A stretch of 64,000 bases of DNA from an uncultured Treponemataceae bacterium (GCA_964485395.1 CAZAJF010000015.1:16008-80007), one strand, 5' to 3'. Shown: positions 1 through 10,041, numbered from the stretch's first letter. Notes: generated by a model not told the origin, from the letters alone. A program made the numbers and translations.

Positions 1-119
1 GCCTTTGGAGGCGGCGGCACCAAAAAATTCTCGTCGGCGGGCACCGTTTGGGCATTAAGAAAAATAAACCCTGAAAAAATCGCGACGAGCAGTAAAGCCG
101 GGCGGAAGATCTTACGCAT
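1..119 (-). CDS. Exported protein, N-terminal fragment (runs off the window edge)
   Basis: ATG at 119-117 overlaps the TGA of the upstream gene; reads MRKIFRPALLLVAIFSGFIFLNAQTVPADENFLVPPPPK, a signal-peptide-like start. Confidence 0.7.
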   Translation of the reverse strand, partial: MRKIFRPALLLVAIFSGFIFLNAQTVPADENFLVPPPPK

Positions 120-553
120 CATTGGGTTACGCCATATTTCATGCTTACGGCGGAAACGAAATCCATCAGGTCCAGGCCGCTCATCACATCGCCGCCCGAG
201 CTTACGGAGCTGAAAATGCCATCCACCACGAAAGCGCGAAACGCGTAGCGTTCCCAAGGAATCAGCAGAAAAAAGAGAGAAGACCGAACCTTGAGGCTTT
301 TAGCGGCCACGAACGCAGCCTTCGCCTTCGTAAGCTTCTGGGCATCCTTATATTTTGCCAGGGCTTTTTCAAGCCTTAGGGCCAAATCTAAATCTTCGGG
401 GAACGCGTCGACGAACGCCTGGCTCATGGCCTTTAAATCCGCGACGGTGCAGGCAGCCTTGTCGCCGATCGCAACGACCGCCTCAAGGCTCTGCGCTGAA
501 ACGAGGGCAGAGCCCAAACTGAAAAAAAGGGCGATGAGCGGCAACTTTATCAT
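119..553 (-). CDS. Hypothetical exported protein (144 aa)
   Basis: Signal peptide MIKLPLIALFFSLGSALVSAQ; SD-like AAGGA upstream; operonic spacing. Confidence 0.75.
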   Translation of the reverse strand: MIKLPLIALFFSLGSALVSAQSLEAVVAIGDKAACTVADLKAMSQAFVDAFPEDLDLALRLEKALAKYKDAQKLTKAKAAFVAAKSLKVRSSLFFLLIPWERYAFRAFVVDGIFSSVSSGGDVMSGLDLMDFVSAVSMKYGVTQ

Positions 554-563
554 GCTGTTCCTT

Positions 564-1280
564 TCACGGAAACTCTACGGTAATATTCACGGTACCGGTG
601 GTGGGCGCGTCCAGAACCAGTGCGACTATTTCGGTGATGGCCGCGGCCACGTTTCCCGCGACGTCCGCGATTGCCGTTTCTTCGGGCGGGGCGAACGCGG
701 CAACGGCGCTCTGGGTCGCAACTTCCTGGTTGACCTGCAAGGTAACCTGCGGAGGGGTCGCGCTGACCGGCTGCTCGTAATTCCTGCCCGCCGCCACCGG
801 CCTGGCCGCGCTGTGGTTTGACCGTACCGAAACGATTCCCGAGCTTACGCTGATGCCCATGCCCCGCTCTCCGGAGTAGCTTACCGTATGAGTCGTACCG
901 CGCACGCTGGACGTACCCACGGGCGTCGTTACCGTAAAGTTGGTCTTGAGCCCCTGAATCTGCTTGACGCTGGAAACAACCGTGCCGCTTTTCAAGGCCA
1001 CCGCCGCACTGGAATTGGTATCAGTCTTGGCTATGCCGGAGAGCTTGGCCGTAGTAAGCGACTTGAAGGTAAGGCTCCCGTTATTCACGGCTATGGTAAG
1101 CTCCGAATTGGCTCCCGTTACGATGGTGGCGTCGTCTTTAAGCTTCATGCCTACCGTTACCGGTTGCAGCTTGCCTGAGACAAGTACGCCTACGACGCCT
1201 TTAACGGCGGTAGCGGTAACTTCGGCGAAGAGTAAGGAAGCAATAAAAACACATAAAATAAAAGATACAAGCTTTTTCAT
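564..1280 (-). CDS. FecR-domain exported protein
   Basis: Signal peptide; FecR-like motifs 'DATIVTGANS' and 'FTVTTPVGTSSVRGT'. Confidence 0.8.
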   Translation of the reverse strand: MKKLVSFILCVFIASLLFAEVTATAVKGVVGVLVSGKLQPVTVGMKLKDDATIVTGANSELTIAVNNGSLTFKSLTTAKLSGIAKTDTNSSAAVALKSGTVVSSVKQIQGLKTNFTVTTPVGTSSVRGTTHTVSYSGERGMGISVSSGIVSVRSNHSAARPVAAGRNYEQPVSATPPQVTLQVNQEVATQSAVAAFAPPEETAIADVAGNVAAAITEIVALVLDAPTTGTVNITVEFP

Positions 1281-1292
1281 ATGAACCTTCCT

Positions 1293-4200
1293 TTAAGGCT
1301 GCCAATTCAGTTTTGGATATTCCAGGGCCGAAATTTTCCAGACCGGCAAGGTGGCGAAATCCCAGTTTGCCGAAGTAAACGTCGTTCCGGTTTGCATTTG
1401 CGTTGTCGGATACGGAATACCCTTCCCTGCATCGCTCATTCCGCTTGTATCCATATCATACAAGGATTCGGTTACCGAAGCAGGCACTGACAATAAACCG
1501 ACAAGCCCGCCGCCGGAAGCAGCATAGGTGATCGATCCGGTAGCGTAGCAGTGAAGAACCGCGGAAGAAAAGTCCATGGCTCCTACAAGGCCGCCAACGT
1601 TTGTGTTGCCCGCAACGTTTCCTCGGGCGTAGCAATCTGTAATATTCATATCCCTGGCCATACCTACAAGCCCGCCCATCGCGTTGGGCGTGCCGCTGGA
1701 AAATACGACATTCCCTAATGCATAGCTTTGTGAGATTGAGCCGCCTTTAGTCGTACCGACCAGTCCGCCGTTAACGCCGTAATTGACAGTATTTATGCTG
1801 ACGTTAGTCCAGCAGCGCAGGATTGTTATCACGCCGGTATCGTCGTTGCAGCCGAGCAGGCCGCCAATGCCTTGAAAGCCGTTAATCGTACCCGTAACGG
1901 AACAATCGGTGATTGATGTCGCACCGAGCGATCTGCCAACAAGACCGCCTGCATAATCGATAGTGGTGCTGATGTTGATGCCCGTCAATTGTACGTTTTT
2001 TATCACCGCGCCTTCCACGAAACCGAAGAAGCCCCGGTCCATCGTACTAGAATTTATGGTCAATCCGCTCAATATCAGGTTACCCCCGTCGAAACCGCCG
2101 GTAAATTTGGTCGTTGCGTCTCCGATAGGCAGCCAGTTGGACTCGCTGGAAAGATTTATGGGTGCCGTCAGGACGAAAAACTTGTCTCTAAAGTAGTTCA
2201 TGTTTTTTAACTGGGTTATGTTGGAGACTTCATAAGGGTCAAGATTAGTTCCGCTGCCTCCGTTGAAATCAATTCCGAAATTAGCGACTAAAGTAAGCCC
2301 ACTGATCGCCGGAACGTTATAATCGGTAGTCGCCGCACTGGCCCCGCTTACAAGATAAGGGGTGGCGGTACCGGTCCAGGAGACGAACCTGTATCCGGGG
2401 ACCGGGGTGGCTATTAAATTAAGCACATCTCCCGGGTTTGCCTGGGTAGGTCCGCTCAAGTTGGTGTTTCCGTTGCCGGGCGTGGAAATAGCTACGGTTA
2501 CGCCTTTTATTATCTCAATATTATACTGCTTGGTAGCCCCGCTCTGAGCCGTCACGAGCACGTTAACGGTATTGACGCCCGAAACAAGATTCATGGGGAG
2601 AGAAACTGCCCCAGACGTCGCGGGTTGGTATGTCTCCAAATTAATGCGTGCCTGTATGGTAGCAGTTGCATCCGCGACGGTAGGCGTTACCGTAACGGAA
2701 GGATCGGAGTAATTGGCCACAGCGTTGTAGTTCAGGTTCCCCGAGGAAAAACCAACGATATCGGGTATGGGAGACAGGACAAGCGAACTCAGATCGGCAT
2801 TGGTGCTCGGCGGCGTTATGGTTACGGTTACCGTATACACCTTCGTGGATGTGTCGGCAGCCGTGACCGTATAAATGAAGGGACTGGTAAAATCCTGCGG
2901 CATGCTTGGCATCGGCGAAACGCTAGCCCCCGGACTACTAATTATGGAAGGTACCAAGTTCGTTACATTCGTGCCATAAGGAACGGTAACCGAGATGGAT
3001 GTACCGATGATCGAGCCGGCCACCGGTACGGAAGGGAATCCGAACGAGGTAATATCTTTGGCAGGATTCAAGGCGATGGTTACGGTTACGGTATATACCC
3101 TCGTCGTTGTGTCGATTGCCGTTACGGTATAATTAACCGGTGCCGTATAATTCTGCACGACGTTCGGTCCCGGGGTTAGCATAGAGCCTTTGAATATAGT
3201 GGACGGAGTCATCGCGGTGACGTCGGTACCGAAGGGAACCGTGACGGCGATATTGTTTCCCGTTATGATGCCTGCCACGCTGACGGGGCTGACGATGCTG
3301 AACGAGGAAATTTCCTTGTCCACCGTCCATTGGGCGTACAGCGTAATGTCGCCATTACCCATGGAATATAAAGCTCCGTTCGCATAGGGAGTTCCCAGGC
3401 CGCTGGGCAGCGTATTCCAACCGGCGAAGGTGTAACCGGGTTTACTATACGTATTAGAGACCAGATTGGCGCTCGTATTGCCGAGAATCTGCTGAGTTAA
3501 AAGCGGTCCCGTACCGCCGTTCGCGTCAAAGCTTATGGTTGGAAGTTTCCACAGCGCATACAGGTCTTTGTTGCCCAGGGAACCTGCCGCTATCGACGTA
3601 ACAACAGGAGGCGTAAACGCTGCGTCGGCGTACCAGCCCAAGAATATGTGCCCCGCCCAAACGCCGCTGGCTAGGATTATCGTGGAAGAAGTCGTCATAT
3701 ATGAGAGCGGATTGGCTCCGTAGCTGTCTCCGCCGTTCAAGTTATAGTTGATGAAGAAATTGACGGGGGTCCACTGGGCATACAGCATCATGCCGGAACT
3801 ACCCATGGCAAAGGGAGCTCCATCTGCGTATACGACAGGACCGCCCGCCGCGATTCCCCAGCCCGCAAACAGATAGCCGGGATGCGAATACGCGTTGGGA
3901 GCCAGGTTTACGGTAGTATTGTTGGGCACGGACTGCATGGACATCGTGCCCGATACGCCTGCCAGGTTCGGATTGAAGCTTATGTTGAACGAAGTAATGT
4001 TCCACTTGGCGTATACGTCAAGGTTGCCCGATGAGCCGCCGGGAATACTTGATATGAACGTGGTCAGCGCCGCATCGTTGCACCAGCCCAGGAACGAATT
4101 GACGCCCCAGGTTGGAGGCGCGAAGATAATCGCCGCGGAAGCGAAGGTATAGGACGTGGGGTTAGCAGGAGGCGCCGCGTTGGTTCCGCCGTTCAGGTGG

Positions 4201-5507
4201 TACGTAATCGTAAAGGTTAAAAGCGTCCATTGCGCATAGAGCGTCATACCGGAAGTGCCCATCGCGAAAGGATCTCCGTCCGCGTACACAACGGGGCCGG
4301 CGGCGGTGATTCCCCATCCGTCAAATTGGTAGCCGGGGTGGGAATATGCGTTTGGAGCCAAGTTCACCGTCGTATTGTTGGGTATCAACTGGTTGGGCAT
4401 CGTTCCCGAGATTCCGGGGAGGTTCGCGTCGAAGGTAAGGGCATAGGTGGTAATATCCCACTTGGCGTATACATCGAGGTTGCCTGTCGATCCGCTTGGG
4501 ATGCCGGTTACGAACGTGGTCAAGGCCGCATCGCTGCACCAGCCAAGGAAAGCATTGACGCCCCAAGTCGGGGATGCAAAGGTGATGACGGGCGATTCCA
4601 CGGTATAGGTCGCCGGATTGTCAGGCGCGGCGGCATTGGTTCCGCCGTTCAGGTGGTAGGTAATGGTATAGGAGACAGGAATCCACTTGGCATAGAGCGT
4701 GGTATCGGCGCCGACGGTGTCAGCGGTAAAATTCCAGGCGTTGGCGAGGGCCGCTTCCTTGTACCAGGCATCGAAGGTATACGCGGTACGAGTAGAAGCG
4801 GGGGTCGGTGCCGTGATCAGACTGTTTTCCTCTACGATCAGCTCCGCGATCGCGCTTCCGCCGTTGGCGTTGAAGGTTACTTTATAGGTTATGACTTGTT
4901 TCCATTGCGCGTACAGGCTCAGGTCAAGTGCCGGCATCACGATCGACTCTGCGGCCTTGTACGCCGTACCGGTGCCGTCCGCGGCGGTATTCCAACCGGC
5001 GAAAACGTATCCGGGGCGGATAAGGCTTCCCGAGTTTCCCGCAATGACAAGCGCTGCGCCGGTGCCGTAATCGGCGGCATCCACCGGTACGGTACCGCTT
5101 ACGTCGCTGCCTTCGGAATAATAGGTAACGGTCCACAAGGCGGCCATGGAAACCGAGAGATCGTGTATGGCTCCCGCTTTTATTTCGGCGGTCTGGCTGC
5201 CCCGGAATTTCACCTTACCGGCGGCGTTCTTGGCCGCGATATCGAAGGTGCGCGCGCGACCGGCCGGAACCTCCAGTGAGGCACTCAGTTTTGGCTGCGA
5301 AAGCGTCAGGCTGATCGTTTCCATGTCGGCTGCTTTTACGGTAATTTCTATCGTGGCCACGGAAGCCGGCAGGCCCGGACCTCGGCTGCCCGAACTGAAG
5401 TCGAAGGATACGTAGCCGGGAGTATTGGGGACCAGGGGGCTTTTACAGGCAAATGCTACGAGGCCCAGTGCCGCTATCAATAATATTCTGTTGCATTTGC
5501 TGTACAT
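1293..5507 (-). CDS. Large surface lipoprotein with InlB-B/Flg_new (Listeria-Bacteroides) repeats, DUF5018-like domains, a cadherin-like beta-sandwich and a C-terminal GLUG-motif region
   Basis: Lipobox LVAFA-C; about 8 repeats of type 'F.ANGG...GY.F.GW...LYA[QK]W'; two 'I.VTVP.GT.VT...YTVTA.D...YTVTV' units; 'STNADLSSLVLS'; repeated 'GGLVG'; GGAGG SD. Confidence 0.88.
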   Translation of the reverse strand: MYSKCNRILLIAALGLVAFACKSPLVPNTPGYVSFDFSSGSRGPGLPASVATIEITVKAADMETISLTLSQPKLSASLEVPAGRARTFDIAAKNAAGKVKFRGSQTAEIKAGAIHDLSVSMAALWTVTYYSEGSDVSGTVPVDAADYGTGAALVIAGNSGSLIRPGYVFAGWNTAADGTGTAYKAAESIVMPALDLSLYAQWKQVITYKVTFNANGGSAIAELIVEENSLITAPTPASTRTAYTFDAWYKEAALANAWNFTADTVGADTTLYAKWIPVSYTITYHLNGGTNAAAPDNPATYTVESPVITFASPTWGVNAFLGWCSDAALTTFVTGIPSGSTGNLDVYAKWDITTYALTFDANLPGISGTMPNQLIPNNTTVNLAPNAYSHPGYQFDGWGITAAGPVVYADGDPFAMGTSGMTLYAQWTLLTFTITYHLNGGTNAAPPANPTSYTFASAAIIFAPPTWGVNSFLGWCNDAALTTFISSIPGGSSGNLDVYAKWNITSFNISFNPNLAGVSGTMSMQSVPNNTTVNLAPNAYSHPGYLFAGWGIAAGGPVVYADGAPFAMGSSGMMLYAQWTPVNFFINYNLNGGDSYGANPLSYMTTSSTIILASGVWAGHIFLGWYADAAFTPPVVTSIAAGSLGNKDLYALWKLPTISFDANGGTGPLLTQQILGNTSANLVSNTYSKPGYTFAGWNTLPSGLGTPYANGALYSMGNGDITLYAQWTVDKEISSFSIVSPVSVAGIITGNNIAVTVPFGTDVTAMTPSTIFKGSMLTPGPNVVQNYTAPVNYTVTAIDTTTRVYTVTVTIALNPAKDITSFGFPSVPVAGSIIGTSISVTVPYGTNVTNLVPSIISSPGASVSPMPSMPQDFTSPFIYTVTAADTSTKVYTVTVTITPPSTNADLSSLVLSPIPDIVGFSSGNLNYNAVANYSDPSVTVTPTVADATATIQARINLETYQPATSGAVSLPMNLVSGVNTVNVLVTAQSGATKQYNIEIIKGVTVAISTPGNGNTNLSGPTQANPGDVLNLIATPVPGYRFVSWTGTATPYLVSGASAATTDYNVPAISGLTLVANFGIDFNGGSGTNLDPYEVSNITQLKNMNYFRDKFFVLTAPINLSSESNWLPIGDATTKFTGGFDGGNLILSGLTINSSTMDRGFFGFVEGAVIKNVQLTGINISTTIDYAGGLVGRSLGATSITDCSVTGTINGFQGIGGLLGCNDDTGVITILRCWTNVSINTVNYGVNGGLVGTTKGGSISQSYALGNVVFSSGTPNAMGGLVGMARDMNITDCYARGNVAGNTNVGGLVGAMDFSSAVLHCYATGSITYAASGGGLVGLLSVPASVTESLYDMDTSGMSDAGKGIPYPTTQMQTGTTFTSANWDFATLPVWKISALEYPKLNWQP
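3771..4682 (-). repeat. Intragenic tandem duplication, two 456-bp (152-aa) units
   Basis: TTGGTTCCGCCGTTCAGGTGGTA at 4180 and 4636 (456 bp apart); both units share ITYHLNGGTNAA...PNNTTVNLAPNAYSHPGY...LYAQW. Confidence 0.85.
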
Positions 5508-5674
5508 AATCCCTCCCGGACGGTATCCAAAAACAAGCAGCTGTTTTTCGGTATAGCCGATACAAGCGTCAAGTCATCGCAAAAGATGGGGCGCTTGCGA
5601 CATTATAATAGAATAATAGCGTATTGTTATTGGATTTTAAAGGTAAAAATGAGTAAATTGGAGGTTTTATTCAA

Positions 5675-7591
5675 TTAAACGATGAATCTTCCAACCTGGT
5701 CGGAAACATCCTTGAAAATATTGCTGTTGTTCTCCTTAAGCGAGGAAACTTCGGTAAAGGTGGCTGTCATGCCAGCGGTGTTCTTGATTATTTCGTCCAT
5801 CTCTTTCTGTACTTCCTTTGAACACTCGAGCAGACGCTTTATTGCGTTGTCCAAACCCACGGATTCCGAAGAGAGCACGCTTCCCACGGTTTTTACCACA
5901 CCGGTAGTTTTTTGCATCTGGGCCAAAGTCTCCGCGACCTGGTCGGAACCGATTCGCTGTTCCTTCATGGCCAAGGCGTTTTCCTGCTCCATGGCGCTTA
6001 CCGTCGTGATGAGCGACAGCACTTCGTCGAATCCAACGGAGGCGGCGTCGGAGGAGAGCACCGCTTTATCTATCGAGGCGCGAACTTCCTTGAGCTGCGC
6101 ATTTACGAGCGTGGACTGTTTTGCGCTGGCGTCGGCAAGCGAGCGGATTTCGTCGGCTACCACCGCGAAGCCGGCTCCCGCCTCGCCCGCGTGAGCCGCC
6201 TCGATGGCCGCGTTCATGGCCAGCAGATTGGTCTTGGAGGCGATGGAGGCGATCATCTTGTTGGCGTCGAAAAGCCCCGCCGAGGTTTTTACGACGTTGC
6301 CGATCAGGATATTCGAATCCGCGATCTTGGTTTTTCCGAGCTTGGCCGCGGCCAGTAAATTCTCGCAGGTTTCGTTGATCCGGACCACGTTGGTCGTGAC
6401 CGCGCCGATATTGGCTATCATTTCGTCGATACCGGCGCTGGAATTGCTGACGCTGGAAGTCTGCTGCGTGACCGCCGCGTGCAATTCCTGCACCCGCTGG
6501 GAAATCTGCCGCACCGCGCCCGACGAGTCGGAAATGGCCTGCCCCTGCTTCACGATCTCGGTATTGGCTTTCTGTACCGATCCGTTGATGTCGGTAAGCT
6601 TCTCCTCGGCCTCGAACATGCTGGCGGAGAGCCCTGAATCGTTTTCCTTCAGGGAGTCGTAGCCGGAGCGTATGCCGCTGATCATCCTGTGCAGCACTCC
6701 CAGGTAATTGTTGAGGCTTTCGGTGATCTTTCCTGTCTGGTCGAAATTCAGGATGGCGACTTTTTTCTTGAGATCGGCGTGCTCGCTGGAAGCCAGCTGG
6801 TTTATCTGTTCGTTCAGGAGTTCGTACTGGATGTTGTCCTGGTTCTTGGACAGCCAGGAAATGTAGAAAACGACGCACAGGATGAGGAATCCGACGATGA
6901 GGATCGAACTGACGGGAGAATCGGGACCGGCGAGTCCGTCGGGCTTGACGAGGTAATACCAGCTGATATACGCCACGAAGCTTATGATGATGATACCCGC
7001 GACAAGCGGGATGATTATCGATTTCAGTTCGATGAAATGGTCGGTTTCCTTTTTATGCAGCACGGAGATATTCAAAAGCTGCTTGGGAACCTTCAGGAAG
7101 GTATCGATGACGAACGCGTTGACGAGCGAGCCGGCGAGCGAAACGGAGAGCTTGTTCAGGAGCGCCCATGAAAAAGGAAGCCCGGAAGGCATTTTCATGC
7201 CGTACAGGACGAAAAACAGGGAAACGGCGAAGGTCCAGATGATGCTGTTGTAGATAATCAAGGTCCAGGGAAGCTTAACCGCCACCATACGGGCTTTGGC
7301 CAGCTGTTTTTCGGTGCGTTGCTCTGCCGGCAAGGCAAGCGCCACCCAAAGGGGCTTCAAGTATGCTTTGAGCAGGAAACCGGTTAAAATCGTAAATAAT
7401 GCGGCGAAAAGGTATATCTTATAATTCAAGGCCAAAAGGATACGCCCGGGAAGGTCCAAGTCTTTTGTGGGATTGTACATTTGGGAGGCGATTTCACTGA
7501 TCAGGGTAGCGCTCATCTGAACGCAGAAATAGGAAATTATCGTATACCAAGTGATTTTGCGCGAAAGTTCGGAAGATTTCATCATCGACAT
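5675..7591 (-). CDS. Methyl-accepting chemotaxis protein with a multi-TM N-terminus
   Basis: Signalling hairpin '[37 protein letters not shown]'; about 6 N-terminal hydrophobic segments. Confidence 0.95.
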   Translation of the reverse strand: MSMMKSSELSRKITWYTIISYFCVQMSATLISEIASQMYNPTKDLDLPGRILLALNYKIYLFAALFTILTGFLLKAYLKPLWVALALPAEQRTEKQLAKARMVAVKLPWTLIIYNSIIWTFAVSLFFVLYGMKMPSGLPFSWALLNKLSVSLAGSLVNAFVIDTFLKVPKQLLNISVLHKKETDHFIELKSIIIPLVAGIIIISFVAYISWYYLVKPDGLAGPDSPVSSILIVGFLILCVVFYISWLSKNQDNIQYELLNEQINQLASSEHADLKKKVAILNFDQTGKITESLNNYLGVLHRMISGIRSGYDSLKENDSGLSASMFEAEEKLTDINGSVQKANTEIVKQGQAISDSSGAVRQISQRVQELHAAVTQQTSSVSNSSAGIDEMIANIGAVTTNVVRINETCENLLAAAKLGKTKIADSNILIGNVVKTSAGLFDANKMIASIASKTNLLAMNAAIEAAHAGEAGAGFAVVADEIRSLADASAKQSTLVNAQLKEVRASIDKAVLSSDAASVGFDEVLSLITTVSAMEQENALAMKEQRIGSDQVAETLAQMQKTTGVVKTVGSVLSSESVGLDNAIKRLLECSKEVQKEMDEIIKNTAGMTATFTEVSSLKENNSNIFKDVSDQVGRFIV

Positions 7592-7750
7592 CCTCGTGGT
7601 AGAGCTTTATGCGTTCCGCTAAAAATCCAATTCTAAACGAAAAATTCCACGGGCGCAAGTAAAAGCCTGACAATGGCTGCCATAATGAGTTTTGAGTCTT
7701 TTACAATAAAGCCTTCTTTGCTACTATCGGGGCATGAAGACGGTCCACGC

Positions 7751-8620
7751 ATGAAAAAGCTCGATTTCATCTATCTGGAAATTACCAACGAGTGCAATCT
7801 GTCCTGTCCGTTCTGCCCTGCGGGAGGCAGAAAAAAAGGATTCTTGACGGTTGCGCAATTCGCTCTAGTCCTTGATAAGATTTCGGGGTTTGCGGATACA
7901 CTGTATTTCCATGTGAAGGGAGAGCCGCTCCTTCACCCGGACCTGGGTACCTTCCTGGAAATGGCGGGTTCCGCCGGCTTTGCCGTTTTCCTCACGACCA
8001 ATGGTACGCTTTTGCGCGGAAGCCTTGCTTCCCTCAAGGAAAAAAGCGCTCTGAAACGCGTTAATATTTCGTTGCAGAGCCTTGAAGGGTTCCCCTCGGC
8101 AAGGCAGGAAGCGGCACTGGTGGAAATCCTTTTAGGCGTGCGGGAATTGCATGAAACGCAGCGCACGCAAGGCTTAAGGCCGCAAATTCAGCTGCGGCTC
8201 TGGAACCCCCGGGATTACCCGTACGAGGATTGGTTTTTCCGGGCGCTGCACGAGTTTTTCGGTACCGACAGAATCGCGGTGGAAGGCTGCATCGGAAGGC
8301 AGAAAGGAATTATCCTGAAAGAATCCGTAAGCCTCGTACCGGCCGACCGCTTCGTATGGCCCGATATCAACGGGGATCAGGCGCACACGGACGGATTCTG
8401 CCGCGCGCTCAGGCACCAGGCCGCCATACTCCTGGACGGCACGGTGGTACCTTGCTGCCTGGACGGCGAAGGCGCCGTTCCGTTAGGGAACATTTACCTG
8501 CAGTCGTGGGAGGAAATTCTGGGGAGCAGGAGAGCCCAAGCCGTGTACGACGGTTTTTCGCGGCGGAAGCTCGTGGAACCCCTGTGCCGCACCTGCGGTT
8601 TTGCCCGCCGTTTTTCTTGA
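7751..8620 (+). CDS. Radical SAM/SPASM-domain protein
   Basis: CNLSCPFC; 'KGEPLLHP'; 'TTNG'; C-terminal 'FCRAL...DGTVVPCCLD...LGNI...CRTC'. Start moved to ATG 7751. Confidence 0.9.
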   Translation: MKKLDFIYLEITNECNLSCPFCPAGGRKKGFLTVAQFALVLDKISGFADTLYFHVKGEPLLHPDLGTFLEMAGSAGFAVFLTTNGTLLRGSLASLKEKSALKRVNISLQSLEGFPSARQEAALVEILLGVRELHETQRTQGLRPQIQLRLWNPRDYPYEDWFFRALHEFFGTDRIAVEGCIGRQKGIILKESVSLVPADRFVWPDINGDQAHTDGFCRALRHQAAILLDGTVVPCCLDGEGAVPLGNIYLQSWEEILGSRRAQAVYDGFSRRKLVEPLCRTCGFARRFS

Positions 8621-8653
8621 GGGAAACGGGGAAAATTGCCGATAACTCCGGAT

Positions 8654-9061
8654 ATGACGCCTATCTTCGAAATCATAATAATCGCCGCGCTGCTGTTCAT
8701 CGCGGCGGAATGTTATATCATCACGCGCGAGCTTTCGCGCCTGGTCACGCTCATGCTCAAGGAACGCGAAACGCCCGAAGCGGCGCCGTCCGGCCAGACC
8801 ATCAACGTAAACCTCGGCCCTACTCAGCCGGGTGCGGCAGGTGGACAGGCGCAAAACAGCCCGGGGCAAAACCCGGAGGCTGCCGCGGCGGAACCGCAAA
8901 TGCTGATAGAAAGCGCACCCCGCATGCCGGAACCCGTCCCTGAACCCTACATTGAGCGCAGGCCGACCCAGAGCGGCCTGCTTGCGGTAAAATGCCCGAA
9001 ATGCCAAGCCGAAAACTCGAGCTACCGCGCCGAATGCTTCAACTGCGGCGCAAAGCTCTGA
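8654..9061 (+). CDS. Membrane-anchored protein with a C-terminal zinc ribbon
   Basis: N-terminal TM helix, Pro/Ala/Gln linker, CPKC-x10-CFNC. Confidence 0.75.
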   Translation: MTPIFEIIIIAALLFIAAECYIITRELSRLVTLMLKERETPEAAPSGQTINVNLGPTQPGAAGGQAQNSPGQNPEAAAAEPQMLIESAPRMPEPVPEPYIERRPTQSGLLAVKCPKCQAENSSYRAECFNCGAKL

Positions 9062-9067
9062 GTCGGA

Positions 9068-9142
9068 GAATTCAATCCGCAGCGCGGATTGAATTCCTAA
9101 CTACTCTCAATACAAATTCAATCCGCCGCGCGGATTGAATTT
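9068..9142. repeat. Two tandem 29-bp palindromes (REP-like; may also terminate the convergent genes)
   Basis: GAATTCAATCCGC-AGC-GCGGATTGAATTC (9068-9096) and AAATTCAATCCGC-CGC-GCGGATTGAATTT (9114-9142). Confidence 0.85.
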
Positions 9143-9906
9143 TCCTCAAAAAGGTATTGTTCCATTAAAGCCAGGCCGTTCAGCGTCAGGTCGGGTTCGA
9201 TAAGGTCGAACACCGTGGTAAGTCCCGTTATGACGCGGCACAACCCGCCCGTAGCCACGACCTTGGCGCCGCCCAATTCTCCCGTGATCCGCTTTACCAT
9301 ATATTCCACCAAACCCGTATAACCCAGCACCACGCCCGCCTGAATGGCCTGCACGGTGTTTTTCCCCATCGCAGAAGCGGGAGCTTCGAGCGGAACGGTA
9401 GGCAGTTGAGCCGTATTCGAGGCGAGCGAACCGGCGGCGGTGCCCAGACCGGGTGCTATGGAAACGCCGCAGATCGTGGCGTTTTTATCGACGGCCGTAA
9501 AGGTGAGCGCCGTGCCGAAATCCACCACCAGGCAGGAGCCGCGAAACAGGTTCCAGGCGGCCAGGGCATCGGCCACGAGGTCCGACCCTATCTCGTCGGC
9601 CGCTATGACGTGCACGGGCAGGCGTTTATACACCGCCGCGCCGAGGATCACGGGCTCAAGGGCGAACAGGTGCCTGGCCATTTTATCCATGGCCGCCGTA
9701 AGTTGCGGCACCACGGAGCTGATGATGACCCTGGTAATGTCGGCCAGGTTCCTGCCGCGGTCCAGGAGGATGGCGCGCACGATTACGCCGTATTCGTCCT
9801 CGGTCTTGCCCGCCACGGTACGGATGCGCAAGGTATCCAGGAGTTTTCCGTCCCGGTACACGCCGCCCACGATATTGGTATTTCCTGCATCGATTACTAA
9901 CAACAT
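9118..9906 (-). CDS. coaX: Type III pantothenate kinase
   Basis: 'LLVIDAGNTNIV', 'IGSD', 'VVDFGTALTF', 'VATGG'. Confidence 0.95.
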   Translation of the reverse strand: MLLVIDAGNTNIVGGVYRDGKLLDTLRIRTVAGKTEDEYGVIVRAILLDRGRNLADITRVIISSVVPQLTAAMDKMARHLFALEPVILGAAVYKRLPVHVIAADEIGSDLVADALAAWNLFRGSCLVVDFGTALTFTAVDKNATICGVSIAPGLGTAAGSLASNTAQLPTVPLEAPASAMGKNTVQAIQAGVVLGYTGLVEYMVKRITGELGGAKVVATGGLCRVITGLTTVFDLIEPDLTLNGLALMEQYLFEENSIRAAD

Positions 9907-10041
9907 GTGGGCTACTATCGACCCAAGGCAGCGGCTTTGTCAAGCTTGAGCATTCAGGGAAAGAACCGGCACCCGTCGATCGGCGCCCTCTTCACACGAT
10001 AAGCCGCGCGCGATTATCATGGGTCAACGGGGAAAAAAATC

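Noticed and set aside
5567-5597. c-di-GMP-I riboswitch-like string (GTCAAGTCATC...GATGGGGCGC)
   Set aside because: It is on the strand pointing away from the gene and lacks the GGCAAA, GAAA-loop and GCAAA elements and the second stem
9068-9142. Two 29-bp near-identical repeats as a mini CRISPR array
   Set aside because: Only two units, a 17-bp gap, full-length palindromes, a dispersed third copy and no cas genes; a REP-like element fits better
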